A stretch of DNA of 64,000 nucleotides, taken from sequence record SRR20825015_191; one strand, written 5' to 3'. Of this stretch, positions 59,671-64,000 are shown in pieces. The notes beneath the pieces are model-generated. The model saw nothing but the letters and a program-made list of their open reading frames with translations, did no database searches and was not told the origin of the DNA. Made by a program: the position numbers and the translations under genes. Numbering within the stretch: the stretch's first letter is position 1; every line of letters starts with the position of its first letter.

Positions 59671-60396
59671 TTAAGCTCCCACCGCGCGCAAGAACGCAGT
59701 CGTGTCGCTCAGATCGGCAAAGAGTGCCGTCGGTTGATGTGCTGCCAATTCGTCGTAAGTATATCCGCCGGTGGCGACGGCGATGGTCTGAGCGCCGATG
59801 ACTTTACCGCATTCGATATCGTGGGGGGTGTCACCGATGATGAAGGTTTTTTCCGGGGCGAAATCGACGCCGTGGAGCTCTTTTGCACGGCGTTGGGCGT
59901 GCGGACCGAGGTCGTTGCGGCGGGCGCTGTCATTGGCGAAGGCTCCGAATTGGAAATAGTCCCAAACCTGATAGTGGGACAGTTTATGGCGGGCCCCCTC
60001 GCGCATGTTGCCGGTGAGAAGACCTTGCGCGATGCCGTCGTGATGGTGAAGCGTTTCGAGCAGTTCGGCAATGCCGGGGAGCACTTCTCCCTGCGGCCCA
60101 TTAGCGAGTTCTTCCGGGAGAATACTGAGATAGGCGGCGACATAGGCCGCGATGTTTGCCGGTGAATCGCGGAGATTGTTGTGTCTGAGCACTTCACTCG
60201 TGATCCAGGTATCGGTGCGTCCCGCCCAATCGATGGTTCCGAGATTACACGCCAAACCGAACTGTTTTTGGAAACCACGCTCCATGGCGCGGACTCCAGC
60301 TCCGACCGAAGCGATAATGGTCCCGTCGATATCCCAAAGAATTAAGGTGTGCTTGCTCACGCTTTTAGTAAGCGGGGCAGGTGATTGTGCGGGCAA
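59671..60396 (-). CDS. HAD family hydrolase (phosphoglycolate phosphatase-like)
   Basis: WDIDGT, LTGN, IGDTPHD. Confidence 0.9.
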   Translation of the reverse strand: MPAQSPAPLTKSVSKHTLILWDIDGTIIASVGAGVRAMERGFQKQFGLACNLGTIDWAGRTDTWITSEVLRHNNLRDSPANIAAYVAAYLSILPEELANGPQGEVLPGIAELLETLHHHDGIAQGLLTGNMREGARHKLSHYQVWDYFQFGAFANDSARRNDLGPHAQRRAKELHGVDFAPEKTFIIGDTPHDIECGKVIGAQTIAVATGGYTYDELAAHQPTALFADLSDTTAFLRAVGA

Positions 60397-60402
60397 GTGA
60401 TT

Positions 60403-61290
60403 TCACCGGGATAGGTTCAGTTGTTTTCGTTTGTAAGCGGTGGGAGTATCGCCGGTGAAGCGTCGGAACACGGTCGCGAAGTATTGGGAGCTGGAAAATC
60501 CGAGCGAGTAAGCGAGCTGCGTTATCGGGGTATCGGTCTGAGTCAGGGACTGGCAGGCGGCGTTTATTTTACTTCGCAATACATAATCGCCGGGAGGTGC
60601 CCCGACCTCATCACGGAAGCGATTCTTGAAACGGGAGACGGACAGGCCGATCAGATCAGCGAGTTCGGGAACCGTCAGAGGATCGCTCAGGTGACTGGCG
60701 ATGTAGTCGAGACTGCGTTGAATCCGGGGAGAAGGACCGGAGGTTTTCGCGATGTTGGTCGCTTCGATAACCTGAAAGAGATAGCGCAGGATGGTTTGCG
60801 AGGCTGCAATCCGGTCGATCAAGCGCGTGGGCTTGGATTGAAGGATGTTTAATATTGTAGCGGCAAGATCATTGGCTTCGGGGTGGGCGGTAAAATGCCG
60901 GGTAGGTAACGAGAGCAAAGTTTTGCGAAGCTCGATGGCGGCGCTTTGTTTTAGAAAAAGCAACGGCCCATCGATGGGATCCATGCGCAGAGTAAACCAA
61001 TAGAGGTGGCCTTTTTCTTCGGGCGTGCCCGCCGTATCCAAAACTTCACCCGGAAACACGAGCAACTGATCTCCTCCCCTTAATTGGTAGGTTTGGTCAT
61101 TTACGCGATAGGTTTGCACGCCGCGTGCCAGATGACAGATCCCCATCGACTCCCGATGAACGACGTTTTGAAGACCGCGTTGCGCCGATTTGTAATGGTA
61201 GCTCCCGATTTCAACCGCTCCGGGAAGGTTGATGTCACGGGTCTTCAGATCGACCCGGCCGGAACTTCTGGCACTCGGTGTGTGTGGCAT
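60403..61290 (-). CDS. AraC family transcriptional regulator
   Basis: LAYSLGFSSSQYFATVFRRFTG.TP; start placed at ATG 61290; divergent from the dioxygenase gene. Confidence 0.92.
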   Translation of the reverse strand: MPHTPSARSSGRVDLKTRDINLPGAVEIGSYHYKSAQRGLQNVVHRESMGICHLARGVQTYRVNDQTYQLRGGDQLLVFPGEVLDTAGTPEEKGHLYWFTLRMDPIDGPLLFLKQSAAIELRKTLLSLPTRHFTAHPEANDLAATILNILQSKPTRLIDRIAASQTILRYLFQVIEATNIAKTSGPSPRIQRSLDYIASHLSDPLTVPELADLIGLSVSRFKNRFRDEVGAPPGDYVLRSKINAACQSLTQTDTPITQLAYSLGFSSSQYFATVFRRFTGDTPTAYKRKQLNLSR

Positions 61291-61358
61291 GATGTTTGAT
61301 TTTGTTCTGCAATATATTGATGGACGCAAGCGAATGAGAATTCCGGTATGCTTCGCCC

Positions 61359-62183
61359 ATGACACCTTCCCAATCCCCGAACTATGGCGCTCCAGCGACA
61401 CTTGAATCCACCCATTTGCTCACGTCCGAGCAGATCGCGTTTTATCAGGAGCATGGTTACCTGGCGATTGATGCGGTGATGCCGGAAGCAGAGATCAAGG
61501 AGGTGCGCAAAACTTATGATCGCCTTTTCAATGAGGATCGAAGCAAGGCAGAGGCAGATTATTATGATCTCAGCAGTGCCAAGGAAACCGGCAAGAAAGT
61601 CGCTATTCCGCAGATTCTCCAACCGGCCAAATATGCACCCTCACTGCTGCAGACCCAGATGGTGGCGAATCTGAAAGCCATGATGAAGCAATTGCACGGC
61701 GAGGAAACGACGATGGTCGGCGACCACGCAATTAACAAACCACCGCATAATGCGGCACCGACACCTTGGCATCAGGATGAGGCATATTGGGATCCGGCAA
61801 AAGAGTATTCGAGTTTGAGCGTGTGGGTGCCGTTGCAACCGGTTACCAAGGAGAGCGGCTGCATGCATTTTGTGCCGGGCTCACATCTCAACGAAATCGT
61901 GCCCCATCGTCCGATTGGCGATAATCCCTCTACACCGGGTCTCGAAGTGGAACCCGGCGCGATTGATTTAAGCAGTGCGGTGGCCTGCGAACTGCCGGCG
62001 GGAGGCGCGACCTTTCACCACGGACGCACCCTGCATTTCACGACGCCGAATAATTCCGACGACTTCCGACGCGCCTATATCGCGATGGGCTCAGCCTACG
62101 AAAAGCCTCTCGCAACCCCGCGCCATTTCCCGTGGCAGGAACGCCAAAAGGAGGCCCGGGAAGCGGCGGCGTGTAAGACCTAG
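61359..62183 (+). CDS. Phytanoyl-CoA dioxygenase (PhyH) family Fe/2OG dioxygenase
   Basis: PWHQD, WVPL, GC..FVPGSH, FHHGRTLH, RRA. Confidence 0.92.
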   Translation: MTPSQSPNYGAPATLESTHLLTSEQIAFYQEHGYLAIDAVMPEAEIKEVRKTYDRLFNEDRSKAEADYYDLSSAKETGKKVAIPQILQPAKYAPSLLQTQMVANLKAMMKQLHGEETTMVGDHAINKPPHNAAPTPWHQDEAYWDPAKEYSSLSVWVPLQPVTKESGCMHFVPGSHLNEIVPHRPIGDNPSTPGLEVEPGAIDLSSAVACELPAGGATFHHGRTLHFTTPNNSDDFRRAYIAMGSAYEKPLATPRHFPWQERQKEAREAAACKT

Positions 62184-63085
62184 GTCGGACGCAGTTTCAC
62201 TTGGCGGCGCAATGCGGGAATCGTGGTGCCGATGAGGATCAAGACTGCGCCAACGCATTCGAACAGGGAGAAATATTCCTGATAGAATGCGATGCCTCCG
62301 GCGGCGACGCCGAGGGGAACCAGCATCTGGATCAAGGCACCTTCGCCGACAGGGAGATGACGGAACGAATGCGTCATCGTGATCTGACCGACGCCGGAGC
62401 ACAGTCCGGCCGTGATCATGAGCGCCCAGGCCAAGAGATCGTGGTGGCTCCAGTAGATGAGAGCGGGGATCAAGCAGATGATCAGTCCGTAGACACATTG
62501 CGCAGCGAAAATGGTGGCGGTGTGTTCTCCTTCCGCATGGAGCTTGCGAATGACCACGATCACATAGCCCGCGATTAAGGCGACTCCGACTGCAATCAAG
62601 TCATCGAAACTGATACCGGCACCGGTGCCAAAAGCATTCGTGATTAACGCCAAGCCGGTCAACGCCAGTAAAGTGCCGCCGATCAGGGCCGGACGAAAAC
62701 GCTCACGCAACAGAACGACTGCGAGTAAGCCGCCCATGATGACATAGGTGTTGTTGATGAAGGTGGCCCGGCCCGCGCCAAGATGGACGATAGTATAATA
62801 AAATCCGAAGATAGTTACTCCGCCCAATACGCCCCGGGTGATCAAGAGTCGATTTTGAAAGAGGTGTTTTGGTTGTAATCCATCGTTTCCGATCGGGTAA
62901 GCGACCCAGAGTAAACCAAGGCCAACGGCACAGCGCACACAACTGAGTAACCACACGTCCACCTCCTGTCCTGAACCGAGGGCGCGGATAAACAGGGCAT
63001 TGGCGGTAAAGGAGAATGCTGAGACCAGCATCAGGGCGATCCCCAGGCGATGGCTTGTGGGGGCGGGTGATGAAGTGGCGTTCAC
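62180..63085 (-). CDS. DMT/EamA family transporter
   Basis: About 10 TM helices; RG..G, GAGRATFINNTYV. Confidence 0.9.
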   Translation of the reverse strand: MNATSSPAPTSHRLGIALMLVSAFSFTANALFIRALGSGQEVDVWLLSCVRCAVGLGLLWVAYPIGNDGLQPKHLFQNRLLITRGVLGGVTIFGFYYTIVHLGAGRATFINNTYVIMGGLLAVVLLRERFRPALIGGTLLALTGLALITNAFGTGAGISFDDLIAVGVALIAGYVIVVIRKLHAEGEHTATIFAAQCVYGLIICLIPALIYWSHHDLLAWALMITAGLCSGVGQITMTHSFRHLPVGEGALIQMLVPLGVAAGGIAFYQEYFSLFECVGAVLILIGTTIPALRRQVKLRPT

Positions 63086-63100
63086 GTTGCTCGTCGGAGA

Positions 63101-63964
63101 CTATTTCTGCTTCGCCGCCCAGATGGTGGCGGCGATAATCAGGGATGCTCCGATGATGTCGGAGCGCTGGAAAGGTTCGCTGAATAGGAGCACGCCACCT
63201 ATCGTTACTCCCACGGGCACCAGGGTTTGAAAAATCACCGCTTTTCCGACGGGAAGCTCCCGGTAGGCGCGGGTCATACAGAGTTGGGAGAGACTGGCGA
63301 GGAGGCTGGTCCCGAGCAGCGCCAGCCAAAGATTGTCGGGGATACTGCGCGCTCTGACCAGAGTGGGGATGCCGCAGATGACCATGCCATAGAGGCACTG
63401 CGCGCCGTAAATCGTCGAGGTATGCTCGCTGTCATGCAGGCTGCGAATAAGGACCGCGACACTGGCGGAACCGAAGGCGGTCAGCAGAGCCAACCCGTCG
63501 TAGAGACTCGGTGAGACGCCGGTGTTGAGAACCTTGGTGAGCAGAGCGAGTCCGATCAGAGTTGCCGCGCAACTCAGCATGAGCCGGGGTTTGAGCTGTT
63601 CGCCTAGAAACCATACCGCGAACAATCCTGCCCAGACGACGTAGGTATTATTGATGAAAGTCGCGCGCCCGGCGCCGAGATAGATGATGGCCTGGTAGAA
63701 CGCGACCGTGGTAACCGCACCTATCACGCCTCGGGCGATCAGTCGCGGACTGGTTAGTAAATGGAGTGGTTGAAATCGTCGCCGATAAACCAGCGCGATG
63801 ATGATCAATCCGACTGTAAACCGAATACTGACGAGCGTCCACGCGTCGATCCCCCGATGGCCGAGCGATCTGACCACAAGAAAATTTACGACCAGACACA
63901 GGACGGAAGCCAGCATCAGCGAAACCCCGAGGGAGTGATGCTGCGTTCTGGTCGAGTCGCTCAT
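63101..63964 (-). CDS. DMT/EamA family transporter (tandem paralog)
   Basis: Shares LGAGRATFINNTYV and EHT.TI..AQC.YG with the neighbouring gene. Confidence 0.9.
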   Translation of the reverse strand: MSDSTRTQHHSLGVSLMLASVLCLVVNFLVVRSLGHRGIDAWTLVSIRFTVGLIIIALVYRRRFQPLHLLTSPRLIARGVIGAVTTVAFYQAIIYLGAGRATFINNTYVVWAGLFAVWFLGEQLKPRLMLSCAATLIGLALLTKVLNTGVSPSLYDGLALLTAFGSASVAVLIRSLHDSEHTSTIYGAQCLYGMVICGIPTLVRARSIPDNLWLALLGTSLLASLSQLCMTRAYRELPVGKAVIFQTLVPVGVTIGGVLLFSEPFQRSDIIGASLIIAATIWAAKQK

Positions 63965-64000
63965 GGATTCAGCGTAGGAGCGAGAACGACTCCCCGATCA

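Overview
Bacterial chromosomal window, moderately GC-rich. Gene content and synteny suggest Verrucomicrobiota/Opitutales (inference, not a database result). It is mostly housekeeping genes (xseA, msrB, DEAD-box helicase, glnD, valS, gmd-fcl, frameshifted prfB, sucCD, rph-hprK-lptBAC-kdsC, fused 2-oxoacid dehydrogenase E1, rpiB) mixed with sugar-catabolic genes. Accessory elements are a RAYT transposase flanked by inverted GTAG-REPs, a degenerate integron-cassette-like AT-rich pair of genes, a HigBA toxin-antitoxin pair, and several families of small palindromic intergenic repeats. The most striking item is a compact minus-strand unit at about 44454-45310. It has a SAM-I/IV-like riboswitch with a clear terminator/antiterminator, two translationally coupled small orphan ORFs (one resembling an integrase arm-type DNA-binding domain, neither resembling a methionine/SAM enzyme), and a closing terminator. 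No rRNA, tRNA or CRISPR array was seen. All product calls come from motif recognition by eye.
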